Part shown: piece after piece, positions 38,801 through 50,254 of the stretch | Position numbering within the stretch: the stretch's first letter is position 1 | Layout: each line of letters starts with the position of its first letter | Source: Hormiphora californensis | Taxonomy: Eukaryota; Animalia; Ctenophora | DNA length: 64,000 nt | NCBI GenBank assembly: GCA_020137815.1 | Contig: CM035360.1 | Span: 4,836,001-4,900,000 of the forward strand | Direction: 5' to 3' | The notes under the pieces: generated by a model | Database searches by the model: none | What the model was told of the DNA's origin: nothing | Seen by the model: the letters and a program-made list of their open reading frames with translations, nothing else | Made by a program: the position numbers and the translations under genes

Positions 38801-41746
38801 GAGAAGTGGTTGTGAAGAAATTCAAGGAGTTTTGGTAACTTGGGGTGATCCACGAACCTGAAAAGTGTGGATAATGATTTTTAAACGATGAAAACTTGAT
38901 GAAATCTTAACTAATTGAAATAATGGAAATCTCTAAATCTAACGAGGTACGTATTATCAGCTGCGTTCGGGTGTGAATGTTTTGTCAATTGTAGAACAGT
39001 ATTATATAATGAACAATGACAGGTCCTTACCTTGCATTATCTAGTTCAGGTGCACACCCCAGGTTTTTCCACCTTCTAATCTTGTCAATAAGGGAGATAA
39101 AAGCCTGGTCCCTCTGTAACCTACTTGATACACCACTTGTTTTTTGCGTGACCTCTGTGGAAAGGTAGTACAGTCAGACCCCGATTTACCGGGATGCTCG
39201 GGGGGAAGGGTTCTGCCCGGTAAATCGGGATTTCGGTAAATCAGGGCCCGGTAAATCGAGGTCCGACTGTATTGGCAATCAATCAGTCGGCTAAGGTATT
39301 AAAATTTATTCAAACAGATTTTAAATGGAATTGATGACCGATTTCCACAAAGAGAGAAACACAAACATCTACAGTTTACTCACCGAGACAGTAAGAGAGA
39401 AAGACACTTATCCCATGTACCACTAACAACTCCAGCGCATGGCTTAGGGTCATTAGTACAGCGAAGGCGCCCTCAATAGCACTGCACTGTTGGGGAGGGA
39501 GTTGGCCCTGGGTTCGAGATCTCCATCCGTCACGTTGTTGGATCAACATGAACTTACCTGGGGTAGACAGTGGGAGATAAACACTAGCTAGTAGATTTAT
39601 GAAAGTAGTCAGGCACGGACAAAACTGTTCAGTACTGAACGGGCCCATCACTTACTAATATTGGAAACCTCTGTGCTGCAATACAGTGCTTTGTTCCGGC
39701 TCAGAACCTGAAAATACCCATCCAAAACCTCTTTTATGAAGTTATCTCGAATGTGAGCCAGGGGACCTTCAATCTTTACCAGGGACTTCTGCACCTTCCG
39801 ATCGTGGGTATACGGCTGTATGTCCAGGGACTCTTCCGAGCGAATCTAAAACGAGATGTATTAGCATTTGAATAAACTGCTGAACTATCTCTGTTATCAT
39901 TTGGAAATTAACGTCGAAGCCGTTGATTCAGTGCGCTGGTAAGCTTCAAACGAGCGCACAAGAAGGGGGGGGGGTGACAACTTTAAATAATCCGAATTTA
40001 CCTCGACATGTGCAATCAGAAGGTTACTCAGCACACTCTGTACCGTCTCCAGTTTATCACCCGGTGTGGCACTAAGTGCTAACACCCTGAACTGAGTCGT
40101 GTAGTTCTGCAGCTCACGTACCACCTGTAGGTTTGTTCGGGTGTGGATAGAGAGAGAGGGAGGGTCTAGCAAGGCAACTGTTAGTGGTTAGTGTGATAAA
40201 ATGGTTTCAATAAAACAGCTGAGGCTGGAAAACCACATGGATGATTTGTTGCAGATTTGTTGCAGATTTGTTGCGGATTTGATGCGTAACCGTTGCTGAA
40301 CCGTTGCGGAAAAGTGGAAATGACGAACCCCACTACTACCGATTATTTACAGTTTGTAAAATGTTAAGTACCGATATTAGTGATTTATGATTAGTACCTG
40401 ACAGTACGCGTGGTTTCCCGTTGCTTTATGAGCCTCGTCCACCACCAGCAACACTATCTCCTTAGCAGGACACACACCCCTACTTAGATCATTCTGGACA
40501 ATCTGAAACAAGGAGAGAGGTATTAGAGGAGCTGTCTGTCAATCTGAAACAAGGACAGAGGTAAAGGAGCTGTCTGTCAATATCAGAGAAAGAGTAGGGA
40601 GAGTAGTCAGTAGAGAGAGTTCAGAGTTGGTAACCTTGTTCCCCATTGTTCAAAAGACTCGTCAGAGGACAGAGCCAGGAGCCTACTACACTGAGTGCAA
40701 ACTACGGCGAGGGTAATCACGTTACCAACGGAAAGAGATTAATAGATAGAAGGACATGTCATGTGCCCCGATAATTTGAACCTGAGGAGTGAGGAAGAAG
40801 ACCCGTTTTGATGTCCAGATCTTGTCCCTTCTTGCAGCTGCAATATTTCCTGTTAACTCTCCCAGATCACTCTGGGGTATACCTAGTGGGATTGTTATTA
40901 TTAATTACCATGGTTACCATCAACCATGATACTAGACTCAATTGAGGGGAGAACAATAGAGAGAATGACTTTAATACAGGAATGAACAGTTGAGCTTTAG
41001 ACTCAATGAAATGATAAGTTATCATTGATAACTGATTCCATATGAAACCTGCTTGGTTAGGCCATCACTCACCAACTATATCGTGACAAGCCCGGATCTG
41101 CTGTGCTACCAGGGGTTTAGTTGGAGCCATAAACAGGATTTTACCCTGAGGATACCATCTGTAGAAATTGTGAATTACCACTGCTGCCACAAACGTCTTA
41201 CCAAGACCTGAAAATATTGCGGGCTGGGAAAATGGGAGACACAATCTCAACGACAGACAAATTGTTAAGAAAAGTATATCCTTTAAATGTTTCAACTGTT
41301 CGTCCCAAGCAAAAACGTGCAGATCACGGAGCGCACAAGCTCCAGCTCCATATCTTTCTAGCCATTTTTAAATCACGGATAATGTACCAGTTGGTAAGGT
41401 AACAAGAGTGTTCCAAAAGAGTGCCTTCTGAACAATGTTATATTGGTAGGACCTGAGGGGATAGTTGACAGGGTAGACCCAGGTCTCACCCTCTGTCTCG
41501 TCAAATCCCGGTATCTCTTCATAGTTCTGAGAAGGGTGAAGGGAGTGAAGATACGGCGCTTTGGGGCAGCTATGGAAGTTAAATACCGACGTTAAACTCC
41601 AAGACAAACTAATAAACTGCAGTATTTGCTAGAACCACAATCTGGTACTAAAGTACCTTCGGTTTAGGGGTGATTGGTTGTTCTACAATGTTCCAATAAT
41701 CCATGTCATCATCCAGCATCGCTTCGTCTTCATCCTCCTCCTCCAT
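28911..41746 (-). CDS. FANCM: Fanconi anemia group M DNA translocase (multi-exon)
   Basis: [21 protein letters not shown]|LGKT (intron-split Walker A), [16 protein letters not shown] (~40430), [37 protein letters not shown]; MHF-binding-like WIHWQ...GHS (36700-36930); long disordered exon 34600-36540; ERCC4-like exons 31255-31368, 30946-31056, 30690-30793; HhH exons ~29113-29305 and 28911-29002. Confidence 0.95.
32553..33919 (+). mobile_element. Non-autonomous Helitron/Helentron-like element, copy 2, in a FANCM intron
   Basis: A|TTAAGCC...GGTCACCTTTGCGCTTGCCAGCGCAGTGA|T; long inverted repeat around (CT)n at the 5' end; core matches 1889-2846. Confidence 0.8.
34444..34563 (-). mobile_element. 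hAT-type MITE, copy 2
   Basis: TIR CAGGAACCGACCGA; 8-bp TSD AAAATAAC. Confidence 0.9.
38192..38300. mobile_element. Small MITE with 9-bp TSD (Mutator-like)
   Basis: TIR TTGGTA(A/C)CGAAATTACC; ATGTTTATC at 38183-38191 and 38301-38309. Confidence 0.75.
39171..39269. mobile_element. Tc1/mariner-type MITE
   Basis: TA-CAGTCAGACCCCGATTTACCGGG...CCCGGTAAATCGAGGTCCGACTG-TA. Confidence 0.85.
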
Positions 41747-42039
41747 TTCTACAGATATAGAGAGGGAGAGAGAGGGAGGGAGGGGGGAGAATGAGGGAGG
41801 AAAGAGAAAGAGAGAAAGACAGGACGGGGAGACGTAAAAAAGGATGAAAAAAAGAAACAAGTTTTGAAAAAGATATAAAACTGTTATCATTTATCAAAAC
41901 ATCAATCACATTTTATAGATAGACCTGCATTCTCTTATCGCCAATAAATAAATTAGATTTAATAATTAATCAAAGCGTTATCAAAAATAACCCAAACATT
42001 AATAAAGCTGTTACAACTACACAATATATTTAGGTACAT

Positions 42040-44460
42040 TTAATAAAGCTCTATAATTTCAGATTCGCAGGAAGAAGAAGAAGGCTCTTCCTTCCTTCTC
42101 TCCTGCTCTGCCAACCACACCTTCAATTTGTTCTTCCCGATGACTATCTCATCGCTTTCAGTGCTCATCCCACTGTAATCACTATCCTCATCACGCCGGT
42201 TAACCCTCTGTATTTTACAAGGTGTACCATTACTAACATTGTTCTGAGTTCTTTTGATGGTATTTTCAGTAGGTAATTCCTCCTCTTCTGAGTCGCTTAC
42301 ATCAGGGGCAACCTCGAACTTCTGCACAGCCCTCCGAATCTGAGATACACTCATTTTGGGAGGTTTAGCTATCGGGAATATCTTGTGAGCACGGACCAAC
42401 TCCATGAATCTCTTACACTCGCTATAAGAACTGTGTATTGAGTGAGCTATGTTAAAAGACCGGGGATCCTTCTCGTATATCATCTGGGTAGGAGAAATAG
42501 GGGCGTCAAAACCAGCCCGCCACATGATTGAGGGGACTAGGAAGATTGTTTTATCATTACAGAGCTCACATCTTTCCTTCCTTCCAACGTGAACCCTGGA
42601 AGATCTGTTGAGTGTCAAATATTGGGGGGGGTTCAACCTAAAAATTTCCATTTCCATTTGCCAAAATCCGGGTATCGATGGAAATTTTTAGAAATTTTTA
42701 GAAATTTTTAGAAGTTTTTAGAAATTTTTAGAAGTTTTTAGTACTAAAAATTTCCAAAAATTTCTAAAAATTTCCAAAAATTTCCATTAATTTCCAAAAA
42801 TTTCTAAAAATTTCTAAAAATTTCCATTGACCAAGAAAAGAAAAATTAACAAAAACTTGAAAATATATAAACACAGTTGTCGAAGAACTGGTTCCTTTTC
42901 CTTACCTCTTGTGACAACTGAGCATCAATAAGTTATTGAATGATAGATAAGACATCGATATCATATATTTTTGGGCAATCCGTACAATTTCTTCAGAAAT
43001 CATAGCTTCATTGGACAACTAAGGACGCGGACGTCTCAAAAACTGATTTAAAAGTAAGTTACCAAATAGCACAAGATACCTTATGTACTTATATAAGGTG
43101 CTATTTGGTAACTTACTTTTAAATATTCCTTCGGACGGGTCCTTTTACCATGACTAATGCTTAATACCGTAGTAGATCAGGTTTCTTAGCATACAATATA
43201 GAAACTTAAACTCTTTTTTAAACTCGATAAGGGATATAGCGAGAATAAGTACAGTCGGACCCCGATTTAGGGACACCCTCGGGGGAAAAGCTCTTGTCCA
43301 CTAAATCGGGGTGTCCACTAAATCGGGGTCAAATAAGGTTAATTTCCTATATCGGGGGAAAAAATCCTGTCCCTAAATCGGGGTGCCACTAAATCGGGGG
43401 CCCCTAAATCGGGGTCCGACTGTACTAACTTACTGTCGAAAACATGCATAGATTACCTGTCATTACCTTGGAATTGGGTTACCGACGAACTTATATAAAC
43501 TTCTAAAAGTTTCTAAAAACTTCTAAAAATTTCTAAAAATTTCTAAAAACTTCTAAAAATTTCTAAAAATTTCCATTTACTAAAAACTTCCAAAAATTTC
43601 CATTGTCCATAAATTTCTAAAAATTTCTAAAAATTTCTAAAAATTTCCAAAAAATTCTAAAAATTTCTAAAAATTTCTAAAAATTTCCAAAATAAAATTT
43701 CCATTTGCCAAAAAAGTGGGTATCAATGGAAATTTTTAGGGTTGAACCCCCCCCAATATTTCATGATTTCGTTGATTCCCTCATATTCCTCCCTGACAAC
43801 CTCAGCCATTGGAATAGGAAAATAACTACTCAGACCCTGAATGATTGGTTCACGACCTGCGTTAAAGTCGATGTGAAATGTTACCGATGGTCGATCAGCA
43901 ATAAAAGTTCGGAAAAGTCCAACAGATTCTCGATGTGTAGGAAAACTTCTAAATGCTCTAACATGAGATGTGAAGAAGGTGGTATCAATATACAAGTTAG
44001 ATATTGGTTTCTCCGTTATGGCTGGATGAAGGGTTTTGTCGAGGGCTAACCGAAAATCTCCGGTGTAAAGAGTTCTGAGACCGTCGTTTCTAGTAAACAG
44101 GAACATCACGGATCCAGGACAATGATCAGCTGGTAGAACCTGGACAGCAGTATCATCTCCTTTCCCAAATTTTAATGAACTTTCCACCGTGATTTCAGTA
44201 AAGAGACCTTTCAAGTGCTTCAAATTCTCCTTTTTGGTCAGTATGTCAATGGTCACACGGGTTGCGTACAGACAACATTTTCCCACGCTAAGTCGCTGGT
44301 GAATGGTAGGTTTACTGAGTCCTTGAACATGGTCAGTATGACAGTGTGAAACGAACAGGGCAGTGTGTTTGGACTCTAGAAACTTAGTGAAGTTGTCTAC
44401 CAAGATTTCCCGGAACCCGGAGATGTACCCTTGGAATACATTGTCATCCTCTCGGGTCAT
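42040..44460 (-). CDS. DCLRE1C: Artemis-like nuclease copy F, interrupted by a transposon at 42624-43754
   Basis: SHCHTDH, HCPGSVMFLF, YTGDFR, YIDTTF, HSSYSE; removing the insert and one AATATT restores MKY-LTLNRSSRVHVG in frame. Confidence 0.85.
42624..43754. mobile_element. Foldback-like DNA transposon with 10-bp subterminal arrays and a nested MITE
   Basis: TIR GGGGGGGGTTCAACC(C)TAAAAATTTCCAT; AATATT on both flanks (palindromic, so true TSD length is ambiguous); arrays of aaaatttcta. Confidence 0.9.
43252..43422. mobile_element. Tc1/mariner-type MITE nested in the foldback element
   Basis: TA-CAGTCGGACCCCGATTTAGGG...CCCTAAATCGGGGTCCGACTG-TA. Confidence 0.88.
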
Positions 44461-44781
44461 TCCTACAATAATGAATGTTAGTTTGATGCAGAGATTTGGG
44501 GGGGGGGACAAAGAAACAGAGCCAAAGGACAACGAAAGTTCTAAATTTAAAAGAATAAATGATACAGAATCAATGTTACAGAAGAAAAAATAGACATAAA
44601 AGATTAAATTACAAACTCTGTCTGTACCATATAACTAACACCAGTTTAATTACACACAACAAAATATTAACTATCACAGTAAAAAGCATTAGTATTTAGT
44701 TTACACTTTACACAATACACATTCAATGCGAAGTATTCAATAAATTCATGCGATAAATAAATCAGATAATGAATCACTGCT

Positions 44782-45906
44782 TTAGCTTGTACTGCATCTC
44801 TCTCGTTCTCCCCCATGTTTTCCTTCTTCTGCTTCTCCTTCACAGTCGCTCATATCAGAGCCAGTCTGAAACATCTTGACAGCTTTTAGAATTTCAGAAA
44901 CAGACACATTGGGAGGAGTAGCGATTGGATGTATTTTACGAGCAGGGACCAACTTCAAAAATCTCTTGCATTCTTCGTTTGAGCTGTGACTTACAAACGC
45001 AATCTTGTACGCACGATCATGTTTCTCTTCGTATATCAATTGATCGGGACTTGAGCCATTATAATAACGCCATTGTATGGATGGTCTCAAATAAATTGTG
45101 TCTTTTTCACATAGCTCACATGCTTCCCAATTTTCAAAGCTCATTTGATTTCCGATATGAACCCTGGACTTGTATTCTGGAATAGAGGTTAAATGATCAA
45201 TAATTTCACGAATTCCTTTGTAACTTTCCCGAATTGTTTTTGAAGCATTAATAGGTAGGTAATAGCTTAAACCCTGAACCAATGCCTCCCGACCCGCACA
45301 ATACTCGATATGAAATGTCGAAGATGTGAACTCAGCCATGAAGTTGCGAAAAAGCTCTACAGATTCTTGGTGGGTCGGGAAACACTGATAATGTGCAATT
45401 TCAGTGAAGAATGTGGTATCCATATACAAGTCTGTAATCGATCCTTCAGTTAGGGCCTTCATTAGTGAAGGGTGGAGGGTCCTTCCAAGAGGTAATCGAA
45501 AATCTCCGGTGTAAAGAGTTCTGAGACCATTGCTTCCTGTAAACAGGAACATCACGGATCCAGGACAATGATCAGCTGGGAGAACTTGCACATTGATACG
45601 ATTATCTTCGCCTGCTTGAAACGATTTCCCAATAACAATTTCAGTGAATAAACCCTCGAGATGCTTAAGAGTCGGTTTTCGGGTCAGTATGTCAATAGTC
45701 TGACGTGTTGCATACAAATTACATTTTCCCACACTAAGCTGCTGATGAATGGTAGGTTTACTGAGTCCTTTAACATGGTCAGTATGACAGTGTGAAACAA
45801 ATAGGGAGGTGTGTTTGGACTCTAGAAACTTTGTGAAGTTGTCTACCAAGATTTCCCGAAACCCGGAGATGTACCCTTGGAATTCGTTGTCATCCTCTCG
45901 GGTCAT
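44782..45906 (-). CDS. DCLRE1C: Artemis-like metallo-beta-lactamase/beta-CASP nuclease copy E (374 aa)
   Basis: FVSHCHTDHVKGL, VLPADHCPGSVMFLF, LYTGDFRL, YMDTTF, SHSS; matches Artemis motifs (FLSHCHKDHMKGL, AGHCPGSVMFLF, FSFHSSYSE). Confidence 0.92.
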   Translation of the reverse strand: MTREDDNEFQGYISGFREILVDNFTKFLESKHTSLFVSHCHTDHVKGLSKPTIHQQLSVGKCNLYATRQTIDILTRKPTLKHLEGLFTEIVIGKSFQAGEDNRINVQVLPADHCPGSVMFLFTGSNGLRTLYTGDFRLPLGRTLHPSLMKALTEGSITDLYMDTTFFTEIAHYQCFPTHQESVELFRNFMAEFTSSTFHIEYCAGREALVQGLSYYLPINASKTIRESYKGIREIIDHLTSIPEYKSRVHIGNQMSFENWEACELCEKDTIYLRPSIQWRYYNGSSPDQLIYEEKHDRAYKIAFVSHSSNEECKRFLKLVPARKIHPIATPPNVSVSEILKAVKMFQTGSDMSDCEGEAEEGKHGGERERCSTS

Positions 45907-46309
45907 TCCTACAAAGCTGAATGTTAGTTTGAGGAGGAGATTTGAAGGGGGGATAAAGAAACAGAGCCAAAGAAGAAACAGTGCTAGAGAAAATCAAATT
46001 TAGTGAAAGTTAAAAGAATCGATATTACAGAGTCATTTTGATACAAGATTAACATTATTTTGACATAAAAAGAATTAAGAGTTTTAGACATGAATCATAA
46101 AAAGGTCTGTCTGTACATACTATAAAACCAATAAAAATACATCTTGAACACGTGTACGTACATTTAAAACATGTATATTACATCGTCAGCCATTGTACAT
46201 CATCCATGCGGAGAGTCAGAAATCATTGCATTTGATCGATGTCACAAAAATATGACAAGATCGCTCTGTTGATTTAATAATTGTAATATGAAATCAGTGA
46301 TCTAGCCTA

Positions 46310-48202
46310 TTATATGTTAAAGTCAGGCTGTCTGTTGTTATAGTAAGGCTGTCTGTTGTCAAAGTGAGGCTGTCTGTTGTTAAAGTGAGGCTGTCTGTTG
46401 CCAAAGTGAGGCTGTCTGTTGTCAAAGTGAGGCTGTCTGTTGTCAAAGTGAGGCTGTCTGTTGTTAAAGTCAGGCTGTCTGTTGTCAAAGTGAGGCTGTC
46501 TGTTGTCAAAGTGAGAGTGTCTGTTGTCAAAGTGAGACTGTCTGTTGTCAAAGTGAGGCTGTCTGTTGTCAAAGTGAGGCTGTCTGTTGTCAAAGTGAGG
46601 CTGTCTGTTGTTAAAGTGAGGCTGTCTGTTGTCAAAGTGAGGCTGTCTGTTGTCAAAGTGAGGCTGTCTGTTGTCAAAGTGAGGCTGTCTGTTGTCAAAG
46701 TGAGGCTGTCTGTTGTCAAAGTGAGGCTGTCTGTTGTCAAAGTGAGGCTGTCTGTTGTCAAAGTGAGGCTGTCTGTTGTCAAAGTGAGGCTGTCTGTTGT
46801 CAAAGTGAGGCTGTCTGTTGTCAAAGTGAGGCTGTCTGTTGTCAAAGTGAGGCTGTCTGTTGTCAAAGTGAGGCTGTCTGTTGTCAAAGTGAGGCTGTCT
46901 GTTGTCAAAGTGAGGCTGTCTGTTGTCAAAGTGAGGCTGTCTGTTGTCAAAGTGAGGCTGTCTGTTATCAAAGTGAGGCTGTCTGTTGTCAAAGTGAGGC
47001 TGTCTGTTGTCAAAGTGAGGCTGTCTGTTGTCAAAGTGAGGCTGTCTGTTGTCAAAGTGAGGCTGTCTGTTGTCAAAGTGAGGCTGTCTGTTGTCAAAGT
47101 AAGGTGGTTCCACACGGACAAAAGGAACAACATTCATTTTGGGAGGTTCAGTGATTTGGAATGTTTTGTTGGCACAGACCAATTCCATGAATCTCTTACA
47201 TTCCTCGTTTGAGCTGTGAAATGAAAACGCAATCTTGTACGCACGATCATGCTCCTCTTCGTAAATCAATTGATTGGGAAGAATATATGGGCTGGAGTTT
47301 TCATGATAACGCCATCGTATGGTTGGCCTTAGGTAAATCGTATCTTTGTCACATAGTTCACATGTTTTCCAATCTTTATAGCTCATATGTTTTCCGATAT
47401 GAACTCTGTTTGCCTTGCTCGACCCTGTTTCCGTGTGCTCTGCCCGGTTTGAACAAAGCAAAACTCTGTCGGCTTGGTCAGAAGTAATGAATTCTAAAAT
47501 TTCTCGGATTCCTTTGAACGCTTCCGAAATATGGCGTGAAGCACAAATAGAAAACTCTTTGCTCAATCCTTGAAGTATAGCCTCACGGCCAGCAGAAAAC
47601 TCTATGTGAAATGTTGAATCAGGACGATTGTTGATAAATTCGCGAAAAAGCTCTACAGATTCTTGGTGAGTTGGGAAACGCTGATAATGTGCAATTTCAG
47701 TGAAGAATGTGGTATCCATATACAAGTCTGTAATCGGTCCTTCAGTTATGGCCTTCATTAGTGAAGGGTGGATGTCTTGGTCAAGGGCTAACCGAAAATC
47801 CCCGGTGTACAGAGTTCTGAGACCATTGCTTCCAGTGAACAGGAACATCACAGATCCAGGACAATGCTCGGCTGGGAGAACTTGTACATTGATACGATTA
47901 TCTTCGCCCGCTTGAAATGATTCCCCAATAACAATTTCAGTGAATAAACCCTCGAGATGCTTAAGAGTCGGTTTTCGGGTCAGTATGTCAATAGTCTGAC
48001 GTGTTGCATACAGACGACATTTTCCCACGCTAAGTTGCTGACGAATTATAGGTTTACTGAGTCCTTTAACATGGTCATTATGACAGTGTGAAACGAACAG
48101 GGCTGTGTGTTTGGACTCTAGAAACTTTGTGAAGTTGTCCACCAAGATTTCCTGGAATCCGGAGATGTACCCTTGGAATACGTTGTCATCCTCTCGGGTC
48201 AT
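46310..48202 (-). CDS. DCLRE1C: Artemis-like nuclease copy D with C-terminal (DNRQPHF)n repeat (630 aa)
   Basis: SHCHNDH, HCPGSVMFLF, YTGDFR, FSFHSS; the frame runs without a stop through a 21-bp tandem array. Confidence 0.88.
   Translation of the reverse strand: MTREDDNVFQGYISGFQEILVDNFTKFLESKHTALFVSHCHNDHVKGLSKPIIRQQLSVGKCRLYATRQTIDILTRKPTLKHLEGLFTEIVIGESFQAGEDNRINVQVLPAEHCPGSVMFLFTGSNGLRTLYTGDFRLALDQDIHPSLMKAITEGPITDLYMDTTFFTEIAHYQRFPTHQESVELFREFINNRPDSTFHIEFSAGREAILQGLSKEFSICASRHISEAFKGIREILEFITSDQADRVLLCSNRAEHTETGSSKANRVHIGKHMSYKDWKTCELCDKDTIYLRPTIRWRYHENSSPYILPNQLIYEEEHDRAYKIAFSFHSSNEECKRFMELVCANKTFQITEPPKMNVVPFVRVEPPYFDNRQPHFDNRQPHFDNRQPHFDNRQPHFDNRQPHFDNRQPHFDNRQPHFDNRQPHFDNRQPHFDNRQPHFDNRQPHFDNRQPHFDNRQPHFDNRQPHFDNRQPHFDNRQPHFDNRQPHFDNRQPHFDNRQPHFDNRQPHFDNRQPHFDNRQPHFDNRQPHFNNRQPHFDNRQPHFDNRQPHFDNRQSHFDNRHSHFDNRQPHFDNRQPDFNNRQPHFDNRQPHFDNRQPHFGNRQPHFNNRQPHFDNRQPYYNNRQPDFNI
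46316..47101. repeat. 21-bp tandem repeat, about 37 units
   Basis: Unit gtcaaagtgaggctgtctgtt, highly homogeneous. Confidence 0.97.
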
Positions 48203-48479
48203 TCCTACAAAGCTGAATGTTAGTTTGAGGAGGAGATGTGGGGGAGCAAGAGAGGAAACAGAGCAAAAGAAGAAACAGAGCTAGAGAAAATCAAACTTTG
48301 TGAAAGTTAAAAGAATCGATATTACAGAGTCATTTTGACACAAGATTAACAATATTTTGACATAAAAAGAATTAAGAGTTTTAAAAATAGATCATAAAAA
48401 GGTCTGTCTGTATCATAAAACCAACAAAAATACATCTTGAACACGTGAACGTGCATAAAACAAAAATATACATCGTCAA

Positions 48480-48995
48480 TATTAAAAAAAATAAAAAAAA
48501 ACGTGACTTTTTCATTGTTTTGTTGTTTTCCCCTTTTCCCCCCCCCCCCCCTTTTTTTAAAACACCAAAACCCCCCCTTCTTTTTCCCCCCCCACTCCTC
48601 TTTTCCCTCAAATTCTTTCCCCCTTTTCCCCCCTTTTTCCCCCCCCTCGTTCTTTTAAATCTGCCTTTCCCCTTTGTTTCTATTTTTTCTATTCCCGTGT
48701 TTTTTCCTGTTTTAAAAAAACCCCCTAAATCTTTCCCCTTTAGGTTTCGGCGGGGCATTCAATTTCTTAAAACTTTTCGAATCGACAAACTTTGAATTTT
48801 ACGTTAAAAAAACTTGGGGGTTTGTTTTGGTTTCCCCCCCCAAAACAAAAAACCCCCCCCCCCCCCCCCCCCCCAAACCCCCCCACACCCCCCCCCCCCC
48901 CCCCCCCCCCTTAATTTTTTTCTTTTTTTCCAAACCATCTTGGGTAATCCAAACCCCATTTTCATGAAAATGGGTCTCACAGCCCTTTCTTTTTC
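48480..48995. other. Low-quality homopolymer-rich junction, probable assembly artefact
   Basis: Sequence matching 46060-46190 decays into C/T/A runs and re-emerges inside Artemis copy C. Confidence 0.8.
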
Positions 48996-49921
48996 GAAAA
49001 TGTACTTACAAACGCAATCTTGTACGCACGATCATGTTTCTCTTCGTATATCAATTGATCGGGACTTGAGCCATTATAATAACGCCATTGTATGGATGGT
49101 CTCAAATAAATTGTGTCTTTTTCACATAGCTCACATGCTTCCCAATTTTCAAAGCTCATTTGATTTCCGATATGAACCCTGGACTTGTATTCTGGAATAG
49201 AGGTTAAATGATCAATAATTTCACGAATTCCTTTGTAACTTTCCCGAATTGTTTTTGAAGCATTAATAGGTAGGTAATAGCTTAAACCCTGAACCAATGC
49301 CTCCCGACCCGCACAATACTCGATATGAAATGTCGAAGATGCGAACTCAGCCATGAAGTTGCGAAAAAGCTCTACAGATTCTTGGTGGGTCGGGAAACGC
49401 TGATAATGTGCGATTTCAGTGAAGAATGTAGTATCCATATACAAGTCGGTAATCGGTCTTTCAGTTAGGGCCTTCATTAGTGAAGGATGAAGGTCTTGGT
49501 CAAGAGCTAACCGAAAATCCCCGGTGTACAGAGTTCTGAGACCATTGCTTCCAGTGAACAGGAACATCACAGATCCAGGACAATGCTCGGCTGGGAGAAC
49601 TTGCACATTGATACGATTATCTTCGCCCGCTTGAAATGATTCCCCAATAACAATTTCAGTGAATAAACCCGCAAGATGCTTAAGAGTCGGTTTTCGGGTC
49701 AGTATGTCAATAGTCTGACGTGTTGCATACAAATGACATTTTCCCACGCTAAGCTGCTGATGAATTAAAGGTTTACTAAGTCCTTGAACATGGTCAGTAT
49801 GACAGTGGGACACAAACAGGGCTGTGTGCTTGGACTCTAGAAACTTAGTGAAGTTGTCCACCAAGATTTCCTGGAATCCGGAGATGTACCCTTGGAATAC
49901 GGTGTCATCCTCTCGGGCCAT
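48977..49921 (-). CDS. DCLRE1C: Artemis-like nuclease copy C, 3' end lost in the low-quality block
   Basis: Same motifs; nearly identical to copies B/E up to AYKIAFVS, then junk. Confidence 0.85.
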   Translation of the reverse strand: MAREDDTVFQGYISGFQEILVDNFTKFLESKHTALFVSHCHTDHVQGLSKPLIHQQLSVGKCHLYATRQTIDILTRKPTLKHLAGLFTEIVIGESFQAGEDNRINVQVLPAEHCPGSVMFLFTGSNGLRTLYTGDFRLALDQDLHPSLMKALTERPITDLYMDTTFFTEIAHYQRFPTHQESVELFRNFMAEFASSTFHIEYCAGREALVQGLSYYLPINASKTIRESYKGIREIIDHLTSIPEYKSRVHIGNQMSFENWEACELCEKDTIYLRPSIQWRYYNGSSPDQLIYEEKHDRAYKIAFVSTFSKKKGL

Positions 49922-50254
49922 TCCTACAATGCAGAATGTTAGTTTGACGCAGAGATGTGGGGGGGGACAAAGAAACAGAGCCAAAGGACAACGAAAGTTC
50001 TAAATTTAAAAGAATAAATGATACAGAATCAATATTACAGAAGAAAAAATAGACATAAAAGATTAAATTACAAACTCTGTCTGTACCATATAACTAACAC
50101 CAGTTTAATTACACCAGTTTAATTACACACAACACAATATTAACTATCACAATAAAGGGGATTAGTATTTAGTTTACACTTTACACAATACACATTCAAT
50201 GCGAAGTATTCAATAAATTCATGCGATAAATAAATCAGATGATGAATCACTGCT

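Noticed and set aside
46294-47212. Alternative-frame ORFs (LTLTTDS)n and (VRLSVVK)n
   Set aside because: By-products of a 21-bp repeat lacking stops; the array has no unique spacers, so it is not CRISPR either.
48381-49000. Gly/Lys- and Pro/Phe-rich ORFs
   Set aside because: They come from a degenerate homopolymer block typical of poor read ends.
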